Below are positions 56,050 to 64,000 of a stretch of 64,000 nucleotides of DNA, piece by piece. The stretch covers positions 732-64,731 of the forward strand of contig DVMV01000015.1 of assembly GCA_018714785.1 (NCBI GenBank), read 5' to 3'. Both the position numbers and the translations under genes were made by a program. The notes below the pieces were generated by a model that did no database searches, had not been told where the DNA came from, and saw only the letters and a program-made list of their open reading frames with translations. The stretch is from Candidatus Alloenteromonas pullicola (lineage in GTDB: Bacteria; Bacillota_I; Bacilli_A; RFN20; CAG-826). Numbering within the stretch: position 1 is the first letter of the stretch; the number at the start of each line of letters is the position of its first letter.

Positions 56050-58926
56050 ATGGCAAAATCTAACAACCCAACCTACGCGAACAAGAAGGTCCGCGTCACC
56101 GACCAGAAATTTGCCGAAGACTACTACAAGGACGGCAAGCGCAAAGGGCAGGAGCTAGGCAAGCCAAGGAGGAAGTGGATCCTCAAGGCCTGCAACCACA
56201 TCCAAGACCTCCCCGGCGTCGTGGTCGGATATGGCGACCCGGAGTACAAAGCCCTCGAATGCGTCATGACCGACGAGGAAGCCAAGATCATCCTCAAGAT
56301 GAAGCTCCTCAAGGACTACACCCTCGACGACCTAAGCAAGCTAACCAAGATCGAGAAGACCAAGCTCGATAAGATCACCCGCCGCATGGCGGAGATCGGC
56401 ACCTTGGTCCGCGACCCGGCCGACACCGACTATCCGGATGAGAACGGCAACCCGCAGGTCACCTATCACTTCACGATCTTCGTCCCGGGCATCATGGAAG
56501 CCCTTGTCGACAACGTGAAGCTCGCCGAGCAATTCCCGCAGATCCCTGAGGCTTTTGCCGAATACACCATCAAGAGGATCATCCCGCTTGCCGGCAACCT
56601 CCGCATCGGCGGCGGCGTCATGCGCGTCATCCCGATCGAATCGGCCGTCAAGGACGACCCGAAGGTCGATAAGAACGACCTCATCTCCACCTATTTCCCC
56701 GATGATATAAAGGACTATTCGGTCGCCGCCTGCTCTTGCCGCGTCTCCCGTCGCATCATGGGCGAGGGCTGTGGCCACCTAGAGGAGGACATGTGCATCC
56801 AGATCGGCGGCGCGGCCCGTCACTTCATCGAGACCGGCCGTGGGCGCCGCATCACCCGCGAGGAAGCCTTCGAGATCATGAAGAAGGCCGAAGACAACGG
56901 CCTCATGCACGAGATGCCCAACATCGATGGCGCCGGCCACACCCACGCCATGTGCAACTGCTGCGGCTGCGCCTGCTTCTCGCTGCGCACCGGCGAGTAC
57001 TTCCATACCGCCACCATGGTCAGGTCCAACTACATCTCCCAAGTCGACCCCGATAAGTGCGTTGCCTGCGGCGAGTGCGTCGAGGTCTGTCCGATGAACG
57101 CCCTCCACCTCGGCGAGAGGCTGAAGAACAAGAACGAGATCGAGGTCCCGACCCCGCTCCACGCCTATGACCACAAGTGGGGACCCGACAAGTGGAACCC
57201 AGACTACCGCTACAACCGCCAGATGATCCTCGATCAGACCGGGACCGCGCCCTGCAAGGTCGCCTGCCCGGCCCACATCGCCATCGAGGGTTACCTCGAG
57301 CTGGCCCGCGAAGGCCGCTATGAGGAGGCGCTCGAGCTGATTAAGAAGAAGAACCCGCTCCCGGCTGTGTGCGGACGCGTCTGCAACAAGCGCTGCGAGC
57401 TCGCCTGCACCCGCAACACCATCGGCGATAAGTCGCCGGTCGCCATCGACGACGTCAAGAAGTTCGTCGCCGAGCTCGACCGCGACCCGCAGAAGCGGCC
57501 GATGCCTCGTATCCACCATCCGGAATACCATAACCACAAGATGGCCGTCATCGGCGCCGGCCCGGCTGGTCTTAGCTGCGCCTACTACCTCGCCGAGATG
57601 GGCTACACCGTCACCGTCTTCGAGAAGGAGAACAAGCTCGGCGGCATGCTCACCTTGGGCATCCCGAGCTTCCGCCTGGAGAAAGACGTCGTCGAGGCCG
57701 AGATCGATGTGATCAAGGCTCTCGGCGTCGAGTTCCGCACCGGGGTTGAGATCGGCAAGGACGTCACCATCCCCGAGCTCAAGAAGCAGGGCTATGAGGC
57801 CTTCTACGTCGCCATCGGCGCTCAGGGCGGAAGGAAGCTCCTCGTCAAGGGCGAGGAGGGGGAGAACATCCTCTCCGGCATCGACTTCCTCAAAGCGGTC
57901 AACCTCGGCACCGCCAAGAAGCTGTCCGGCCACGTCGCCATCATGGGCGGCGGCAACGTCGCGATCGACGTCGCCCGCACCGCCATCCGCTACGGCGCGA
58001 GCTCGGTCGACCTATATTGCCTTGAGCAGCGCGATCAGATGAACGCCTCCAAGGAGGAAATCGACGAAGCCGAGAAGGACGGGGTCGTCATCCACAACGG
58101 ATACGGCGTCAAGGAGTTCGCCCTCGAGAACGGCAAGCTCCGCAAGGCGCTGCTTAAGAAGTGCACCTCCGTCTTCGACAAAGACCATCGCTTCAACCCG
58201 ACCTACGACGAGGATGATGTCCTCGAGGTCGAGTGCGACTACTTCCTATCCGCCATCGGCCAGTCCTTCGTCTGGGGCGACCTGCTCGCCGGCACCAAGG
58301 CGACCCTGAGCAAGGCCAACCGCCTCGAGGCCGACCCGCTCACTTACCAGACCAAGGATCCCGACATCTTCGTCGGCGGCGACTGCTACCACGGCGCCCG
58401 CTTCGCAATCGACGCCATCGCCACCGGCAAGGAAGGCGCCGAGTCCATGCACCGCCACGTCCATCCGGGGCAGAGCCTGCTCATCGGCCGCTTCCAGAAC
58501 CCCTACCTCGCCGAGTATGAGCTCGACAAGGACAACATCGACGTCGCCGGTTTCGACAACACCCCGCGCCAGGAGCCGGGCATGGTTGAGATCCACGACG
58601 ACAAGATGAGGGACGACCGCGGCATCTTCACCGAGGAGCAGGTCAAGAAGGAATGCGAGCGCTGCCTGAAGTGCGGCCGCACCTTCGTCGACGAGACCAT
58701 GTGCGTCGGCTGCGGCCTATGCACCACCCGCTGCAAGTTCGATGCCATCCACCTGAAGCGCCGCTTCGACGCCGACGGCACCATCTACGCCAAGACCGCC
58801 GTGAGCTCCGTGCCCCATATCCTCGCCCGCAACCTGAAGATCGTCTTCACCGGCAAGGGCAAGGCCAAGAGCAAGGCCAAGGACGAGCTCGCGACCCAGT
58901 CCTACGACAAGGAGACCCTCCGTTAA
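56050..58926 (+). CDS. Multidomain Fe-S flavoprotein: Cys-rich N-terminal module, ferredoxin, GltD-like FAD/NAD(P) oxidoreductase and C-terminal ferredoxin
   Basis: Cys-rich and Fe-S blocks are ACSCRVSRRIMGEGCGH, HTHAMCNCCGCAC, CVACGECVEVCP, CPAH and VCNKRCELACTR. The dinucleotide fold is MAVIGAGPAGLSCAYYL...KLGG, with a second fold IMGGGNVAIDVART. The C-terminus carries CLKCG...CVGCGLCTTRC. Confidence 0.82.
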   Translation: MAKSNNPTYANKKVRVTDQKFAEDYYKDGKRKGQELGKPRRKWILKACNHIQDLPGVVVGYGDPEYKALECVMTDEEAKIILKMKLLKDYTLDDLSKLTKIEKTKLDKITRRMAEIGTLVRDPADTDYPDENGNPQVTYHFTIFVPGIMEALVDNVKLAEQFPQIPEAFAEYTIKRIIPLAGNLRIGGGVMRVIPIESAVKDDPKVDKNDLISTYFPDDIKDYSVAACSCRVSRRIMGEGCGHLEEDMCIQIGGAARHFIETGRGRRITREEAFEIMKKAEDNGLMHEMPNIDGAGHTHAMCNCCGCACFSLRTGEYFHTATMVRSNYISQVDPDKCVACGECVEVCPMNALHLGERLKNKNEIEVPTPLHAYDHKWGPDKWNPDYRYNRQMILDQTGTAPCKVACPAHIAIEGYLELAREGRYEEALELIKKKNPLPAVCGRVCNKRCELACTRNTIGDKSPVAIDDVKKFVAELDRDPQKRPMPRIHHPEYHNHKMAVIGAGPAGLSCAYYLAEMGYTVTVFEKENKLGGMLTLGIPSFRLEKDVVEAEIDVIKALGVEFRTGVEIGKDVTIPELKKQGYEAFYVAIGAQGGRKLLVKGEEGENILSGIDFLKAVNLGTAKKLSGHVAIMGGGNVAIDVARTAIRYGASSVDLYCLEQRDQMNASKEEIDEAEKDGVVIHNGYGVKEFALENGKLRKALLKKCTSVFDKDHRFNPTYDEDDVLEVECDYFLSAIGQSFVWGDLLAGTKATLSKANRLEADPLTYQTKDPDIFVGGDCYHGARFAIDAIATGKEGAESMHRHVHPGQSLLIGRFQNPYLAEYELDKDNIDVAGFDNTPRQEPGMVEIHDDKMRDDRGIFTEEQVKKECERCLKCGRTFVDETMCVGCGLCTTRCKFDAIHLKRRFDADGTIYAKTAVSSVPHILARNLKIVFTGKGKAKSKAKDELATQSYDKETLR

Positions 58927-59276
58927 TGCATGAGATGGGCCTGGTCTACGGCCTATTCGATTCGCTTCGCGACATAGTCAAGCAGAACCAGCTGACGGGG
59001 CCGCTCAAAAAGGTGGTCCTCGACGTTGGCGAGGCTTCCATGGTGGTCGATTCCTACATGATGGATTGCTGGAATATGGCCAAAGGCGACACCGAGTTCA
59101 AGCAGACCGAGCTCGTTCTGCGCAAGATCGAGACAGAGGGCCGCTGCAACCACTGCGGCAAGGTGTTCCGGGTTAAGGAGCACGACCGCAAGTGCCCTTA
59201 TTGCGGCACCTACGACGACTTCGTCCCCATCACCGGCCTCGGGATAGAGATATCCGAGATCGCCGTAGACGAATGA
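58926..59276 (+). CDS. hypA: HypA-type nickel metallochaperone
   Basis: This is the C-terminal part of listed ORF 58653..59276. It has the N-terminal MHE motif (MHEMGLV) and the zinc site CNHCG...CPYCG. Its start overlaps the upstream stop (TAATG). Confidence 0.85.
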   Translation: MHEMGLVYGLFDSLRDIVKQNQLTGPLKKVVLDVGEASMVVDSYMMDCWNMAKGDTEFKQTELVLRKIETEGRCNHCGKVFRVKEHDRKCPYCGTYDDFVPITGLGIEISEIAVDE

Positions 59277-59309
59277 AAAAGCCCCATCTTCGGAAGAAGG
59301 TGGGGTTTT
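59276..59309. terminator. Bidirectional terminator between hypA and the convergent ArsR-like gene
   Basis: AAAAA-GCCCCATCTTC-GGAA-GAAGGTGGGG-TTTT, with a 10-bp stem containing one G-T pair. Confidence 0.8.
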
Positions 59310-59312
59310 GCT

Positions 59313-60233
59313 TTACTCGTAGTCGACTTGGACGACGATGTCCTGGTCATGGTCGCCGAAGCCCTTGCCGAAGATGTTGATCCCTCCGATGTGGGTGCCG
59401 TTTGGCTCCACCCCGACCTGAAGGGTGAAGTAATCCTCGGCGCCCAACCCGAACTCTCCGATTTTGGCTTCTCCGACTAGCTTCTCGTCTATATAACACC
59501 CTTGCTCGTCGATTCGGAATTTCTTCAGCATGCCGTATTGGCTTGACTGCTGGGGGTACCAGTCGGGGTTCAATAGCCCGCGCCGGTCCCCGTAGTCTCC
59601 GGGCGATTTGTAAAGGAACGCCCTTTTCCCGTTGATCGCGAAGCCGATGTCGCTCCGCCAGTTGTTGTTGTAGTTGGGGCATTCCGAGCAAAGCTCCAGG
59701 GAGAAGGTGAGGCTCTTAACCTTTCGCCCCTTGAATTCGCCCGCCGGTATGCGATATGTCAGATGCCCCTTCAGGAACGATATCAAATGGGCTTGGAAGC
59801 GGCGGGGCGAGAGGAAGCACTCCGAGGAATCCATCGCGCCGATCTGGCCCTTGGAGGACATCATCGAGCAAGGCGGGGTGACGTCGAAGTCGAAGTACGA
59901 CCCGATGGGGATCGATATCGCGTAGGTCCTTTTCTTGCTGGACTTGGCAATGTCGAAGTTTATGTATATGGATTCGCATGCCTGCGAGACGTTCTTCTCG
60001 TTGCCGTGCTTATCCGGGCTTTGCACGAACTTGATGAGCCCCGCCTCGCGCAAAATCTTGACGTGGAAGCTCATCGTCGACAGCGCCACGCCGGTCAGCT
60101 CCGCCAACTCTAGTATCCCGTACGAGCGGGAACACACCAGCCGCAGCACCTTCCGCCTTATCGGAGAGGAGAGAGCCTCGGACAATTTTTCCAATTCCTC
60201 ATCATCTTTTATCGTAGTAAAGATTTCTCGCAT
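59313..60233 (-). CDS. ArsR/SmtB-family HTH regulator fused to a ~210-aa C-terminal domain of unknown function
   Basis: The N-terminus LSSPIRRKVLRLVCSRSYGILELAELTGVALSTMSFHVKILREAGLI is an ArsR-type wHTH. I do not recognise the remainder. Confidence 0.75.
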   Translation of the reverse strand: MREIFTTIKDDEELEKLSEALSSPIRRKVLRLVCSRSYGILELAELTGVALSTMSFHVKILREAGLIKFVQSPDKHGNEKNVSQACESIYINFDIAKSSKKRTYAISIPIGSYFDFDVTPPCSMMSSKGQIGAMDSSECFLSPRRFQAHLISFLKGHLTYRIPAGEFKGRKVKSLTFSLELCSECPNYNNNWRSDIGFAINGKRAFLYKSPGDYGDRRGLLNPDWYPQQSSQYGMLKKFRIDEQGCYIDEKLVGEAKIGEFGLGAEDYFTLQVGVEPNGTHIGGINIFGKGFGDHDQDIVVQVDYE

Positions 60234-60394
60234 GTCTTATTGCTTCCTAACGAAAAGCAGTATATATCGATATTATTCGCAAAATCAACTTCGAAAGTTA
60301 TCGAAGTAAAACGGCATTTTGCGAAAAAACGTGAATTGGTCCTGCTTCAATGAAAGCCCTTACATTATCTTATTGTCAGGAGGCTATACAGCTG

Positions 60395-62914
60395 ATGAAA
60401 AGCAAATTGCTCTTGGGATTGACGGCCGCCGCGATGCTGACGCTCGCGGGCTGCAACCCAACCAACACCTCATCCGAATCCGCGGATCAGTCCTCGACCG
60501 CGGACACCGATTCGCTGACCGACACGACCGATTCAAGCGTCACCACCCCGGCAACCACCCCGACCACCTCGGGAACCTCGAACACCTCATCGCTGCCGGA
60601 CGAAGACCATTACGAGTTGAAGATCATGACCGCTTCGGGCGCGTCGTCCACCTTATCGCTTTCCTATAATAAGGACGAAACCGCAAAGGGCACGATTCAA
60701 CTATCCGTCACCAACAACGGGGACGATGCCTTCGACGAGGAGATCGTCACGGAGATATCGGGGGATGAGGGCGTCGTCGCCTCGGTCGCCGTTGACGCCG
60801 CCGTCGACTACCTATTCAACATCGAATTCGGCGAATCCACCGGCACCGCGACCATTACCTTCTCCTTGAAAGACCACGCGGAGGCCGAGCCGGCCGTCGC
60901 CACCATAACCACAACCGAGAACTTCTTCTCGACCACTATCACCCGGGGGGACAACACCGAGGACGATGGGGTCATGACCTTCGGCGGCGGGGCGGGGCAG
61001 CAGCATACCGCGGTCGCCAAGAAGCCCGGAACCGTCTGGGCGCTGACCGGGACGATGAATTTCCCCGCTTCGCTTGGCGAGGCCTATAGCCTTGGCATCG
61101 GATCGTTCCTCGACAACGGCGACCACGCCGTCTGGGCTGGGGTCAAGAACTTCGACGGAACCCCATCCGACGACCAATACGGCATCTATATCCGCAGCTT
61201 CTACGACGGCTGGGGGGCCGCCAAGCTAGACGGCGCCCCGGTGCCGGCGTTCCGGCAGATGGACTTCGCCCCCAACGTCGAGGGAACCAGCTCGGTTACC
61301 TTCACCTTGATCCGCGATGAGCTCAACTACTATTACGAGATCGGCGGATACCACGGCAAGTTCGCCGATCCTTCCAATACCCCGGTCGCCGAGGCCACTT
61401 ACCCTGGCTTCTACTCTCAGGAGACCGACCTCACCATCACCGACTACTCGGTCACCTACGACGAGTCCGAGGTCGATGCGATGATCGAAGCCGGCTACAC
61501 CGGCGATATCGCCATCGAGGCCGGCTGCTTCGTCAACCCCTCCGTCACCGAGTTCGTGGTCGGCACCAGCCGGACCTTCGTCTGGTCGACCGGCCCGGAT
61601 TACGCCACCGAGGGCCTTGCCCTTAGGGTCAACGACGAATACAAGGACCACGTCACCATCTCCGGAAACGTAATCGAGCTCGCCACCGATGCCCCGGAGG
61701 GCACCATGGTCATCGAGCTGGTCGCCGGGGAGAGCAAGGTGCTCGACACCATCTCCGTCCCGGTCGTCACCAAGAGCAGCGGCGGGGAAAACGATCAGCT
61801 CGTCGCCAAAGGCGGCGTCATCCTCAATGAGGACGGATCGGTAACCTTCCCCGAGAACATGATGGGGGTCAATGGCGTCGGGAACGAATCCGCCTACGAT
61901 GCCACCCCGGAATACGGGGTCGACCTCAAGCAGCAGGTGCTCGGCGGCGACTTCAGCATCGAGTTCGACGTATCCGGGTACAAGGCCAACGTGGAATTCC
62001 CGAAGCTCGGCGTCTCGCTCGGTGGCAAGTGGGCCCAGTTCTACATCGCCTACAAGCCCGACGGCACCTGCCGCATCGAGACCATGACACAATCGGCCGA
62101 GAGCAACGCCAACCAGTGGAACAACTCGGAGAGCTTCGCCTCCTTCGACCCGGCGGCGACCCATCACTTCAAGATCGAGTCGAAGGACGGCTACTTCAAC
62201 GCCTACCTCGATAACAGCGACACCCCGCTTACCTGGAACATGGATGGCCAGCAGCGGCACATCACCGTCCCCACCGCCTCGATGTTCGCGACCCTTCCGG
62301 TCAGGATTATGACCAACGGGGTCTCGGCCACCGTGAGCAACATCAAGGTGACCACCGGCTCGCTCGACGACATGCCGGATGCCTACATCGCCGAGGACGG
62401 GACCAACCGCGTCACCGACAACGGCGACGGCAGCTACCAGTTCACCTTCACCGACGGCGGATGGGGCGTGCGCTACGACCGCCTCAGGGGCTATGCGATG
62501 AAGGAGCTCGCCAACCTGGTCGGGCCATACACCATCAGCTACGACGTGCAGTTCGCCGAGGGAATGAACGACGGCAAGTTCATCCTTCAGATAGGCGACC
62601 ACGGCTTCCACCTGGTCAACTCGACCGGCTATGGCAACAAGATCGAACACGATGGCAACAACTCCTTCGGGCCCAATAGCAACAACTTCGCCATCGGGAC
62701 CGACCTCCTCTACCATGCCACTCTAGTCAACGACGGCGAAGGCAACGTGACCTTCTCCGCTAAGGGCAGCACTGGCGAGGCGGCCTCGTTCACCGTCGAG
62801 GGGGTCGATTGGCAGACCGCCTACTTCTGGGCATTCAATGAGACGGGCGGTGACAGCGGCAAGACCGCGACCCTCTCGAACCTCGTCGTCACCCACGGCG
62901 AGACTGCCGAGTAA
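60395..62914 (+). CDS. Large lipoprotein (839 aa) with repeated beta-sandwich-like modules
   Basis: AGGAGG lies 11 nt before the ATG at 60395. The lipobox is LTAAAMLTLAGC, followed by a Ser/Thr-rich linker. It shares a domain with the next gene (YPGFYSQETDLTITDYSVTYDESEV). Confidence 0.8.
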   Translation: MKSKLLLGLTAAAMLTLAGCNPTNTSSESADQSSTADTDSLTDTTDSSVTTPATTPTTSGTSNTSSLPDEDHYELKIMTASGASSTLSLSYNKDETAKGTIQLSVTNNGDDAFDEEIVTEISGDEGVVASVAVDAAVDYLFNIEFGESTGTATITFSLKDHAEAEPAVATITTTENFFSTTITRGDNTEDDGVMTFGGGAGQQHTAVAKKPGTVWALTGTMNFPASLGEAYSLGIGSFLDNGDHAVWAGVKNFDGTPSDDQYGIYIRSFYDGWGAAKLDGAPVPAFRQMDFAPNVEGTSSVTFTLIRDELNYYYEIGGYHGKFADPSNTPVAEATYPGFYSQETDLTITDYSVTYDESEVDAMIEAGYTGDIAIEAGCFVNPSVTEFVVGTSRTFVWSTGPDYATEGLALRVNDEYKDHVTISGNVIELATDAPEGTMVIELVAGESKVLDTISVPVVTKSSGGENDQLVAKGGVILNEDGSVTFPENMMGVNGVGNESAYDATPEYGVDLKQQVLGGDFSIEFDVSGYKANVEFPKLGVSLGGKWAQFYIAYKPDGTCRIETMTQSAESNANQWNNSESFASFDPAATHHFKIESKDGYFNAYLDNSDTPLTWNMDGQQRHITVPTASMFATLPVRIMTNGVSATVSNIKVTTGSLDDMPDAYIAEDGTNRVTDNGDGSYQFTFTDGGWGVRYDRLRGYAMKELANLVGPYTISYDVQFAEGMNDGKFILQIGDHGFHLVNSTGYGNKIEHDGNNSFGPNSNNFAIGTDLLYHATLVNDGEGNVTFSAKGSTGEAASFTVEGVDWQTAYFWAFNETGGDSGKTATLSNLVVTHGETAE

Positions 62915-62936
62915 ACGGCATACATTCTCCTTCCCG

Positions 62937-62956
62937 TGCGGGTGGCGACACCCGCA
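62937..62956 (+). other. Stable GNRA-capped hairpin after the lipoprotein gene, with no T-run
   Basis: TGCGGGTG-GCGA-CACCCGCA has an 8-bp stem. It is not followed by a U-tract, so it is not a canonical intrinsic terminator. Confidence 0.3.
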
Positions 62957-63035
62957 TCGGGATTGTCTACTGGGCAATTTAGTTGATTAAAAGCACGATC
63001 ATTAGATGGTTACCTATATGGAGGAGCATAACACA

Positions 63036-64000
63036 ATGAAGAAAATCGCATTGGCGGCCTTGGCCTGCCTATCCTTAGGCCTGGCGGCCTGCAACGAAGC
63101 CGCCGCCTCATCCGATACCTCGGAAACCCCATCGCAAAGTATATCGATCTTGACCAGGGACACCGAGATATCGATCGGGCAGACCATCACCTTGACCTAC
63201 CGCGCCGACGGGGAAGTCGGATTCTCCTCAAGCGACGATTCGATCGCCACGGTCGATGACTACGGCCAAGTCAAGGGTATCGGGGAGGGCAGCGCCGTAA
63301 TAACCGTCTACCTAGTCGACGATCCCGATGTTAAAACCGAGATAACCATCTCCGTCTACAAGCCGTTCTTCCTCTATGAGAACGGATACTACAACGGCAA
63401 CTTCGACCTCACCGACGAAAGGGAGGGCACCGTCTACGCGACCGGCAACCAGGTGCAGCTATTGGTCAACGAGCCGGGGCAGGAATGGTACTTCTCCTGC
63501 CACATACAGCGGACCGGCTACGTCAACAACGACCCGCTTGGCCGCTTCGGCGTCGGCTCGTTCCTCGTCGATACCCTGCATCCGATCGGCAACAACATGT
63601 TCTGGTTCGGCTTCCGCCCGACCGGGGACGGCTCAAGCGGCCTCTACACCCCCTATTACGGCGGATGGCGCTACGAGCCGGGCATGACCTCAGCCGAGTA
63701 TGGCATCGACGCCAATGGCTTCGATCCATCGCTAGGCTTCGACGTCACCATAATGCGCTCAGGGCTCGACCATTACTTCTACTTCGAGCAGGGCGAGGTC
63801 AAGTTCGGCTACTCGGTCGCCTTCTTCGACGGCGAGGAAACCTACCCTGGCATCTACTCGCAGAACCAGGAGCTCACCATCACCGAGTTCGAGGCGAGCT
63901 CCGACCATCAGGCGGTCGTCGACAAGCTCAACGAGTTCCAGACCGCCGAATCGGTCTCGATAAACGGCCTCGACAACCGGCTTGAGCCCGGCATTTACGA
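63036..64000 (+). CDS. Lipoprotein with a Big_2-like Ig domain, 5' part; it runs off the window and is absent from the supplied ORF track
   Basis: From the ATG at 63036, my translation is open to the window end: MKKIALAALACLSLGLAACNEAAASSDTSE... The lipobox is LAAC. A Big_2-like segment is present (ISIGQTITLTY...SSSDDSIATVDDYGQVKGIGEGSAVITV). A domain paralogous to the previous gene follows (YPGIYSQNQELTITEFEASSDHQAV). Confidence 0.75.
   Translation, partial: MKKIALAALACLSLGLAACNEAAASSDTSETPSQSISILTRDTEISIGQTITLTYRADGEVGFSSSDDSIATVDDYGQVKGIGEGSAVITVYLVDDPDVKTEITISVYKPFFLYENGYYNGNFDLTDEREGTVYATGNQVQLLVNEPGQEWYFSCHIQRTGYVNNDPLGRFGVGSFLVDTLHPIGNNMFWFGFRPTGDGSSGLYTPYYGGWRYEPGMTSAEYGIDANGFDPSLGFDVTIMRSGLDHYFYFEQGEVKFGYSVAFFDGEETYPGIYSQNQELTITEFEASSDHQAVVDKLNEFQTAESVSINGLDNRLEPGIY

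Noticed and set aside
58653-58925. The N-terminal 91 codons of listed ORF 58653..59276.
   Set aside because: They overlap the 3' end of the 958-aa oxidoreductase gene in another frame and are Arg/Pro-rich. HypA homology starts at the MHE motif at 58926.
61226-62716. A 496-aa minus-strand ORF. Similar long antisense ORFs are listed at 56779..57933, 36516..37397, 19687..20622, 37943..38833, 12433..12897 and 3228..3863.
   Set aside because: All lie antisense to genes with strong homology or clear signal-peptide logic. Their products are Gly/Arg/Val/Asp/Leu-rich and have no motifs. Open antisense frames are expected in GC-rich coding DNA because stop codons are rare.

Overview
A 64-kb, gene-dense chromosomal segment from a GC-rich bacterium (GC is enriched at third codon positions). 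I call about 50 protein-coding genes and two tRNA-Ser genes. I found no rRNA, CRISPR array, transposase, integrase or prophage genes. GGAGG Shine-Dalgarno sites, Gram-positive-type lipoboxes, a CIRCE operator in front of a ClpB that lacks the N-domain, and an archaeal-type ProRS fit a Bacillota / Mollicutes-related lineage. This placement is an inference only.

Recognisable content:
- Housekeeping genes: proS, plsX, clpB, pepF, an aminopeptidase P and a histidine phosphatase.
- Transporters: a heterodimeric ABC exporter, a MacB/FtsX-type ABC pair and an iron-chelate/B12-type ABC uptake operon.
- c-di-GMP genes: two tandem GGDEF cyclases and one degenerate GGDEF/EAL protein.
- A frameshifted GH36 alpha-galactosidase.
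- Several large lipoproteins.
- hypB and hypA flanking a 958-aa Fe-S flavoprotein.

Parts I cannot assign to any characterised system:
1. A tight minus-strand operon (42324..50760). It encodes a membrane-anchored 335-aa protein, two full-length paralogous ~1100-aa anchored proteins and a membrane-tethered XRE regulator.
2. A translationally coupled cassette (11359..16467). It encodes an SF1/UvrD-type helicase with a ~620-aa unknown N-terminal half, a coiled-coil protein and a Vsr-like endonuclease fused to a Nudix hydrolase.
3. A ~400-nt ORF-free, highly structured interval (4147..4545) that looks like one or two small RNAs.

All calls rest on reading the translations and the DNA by eye. No database search or folding program was run.
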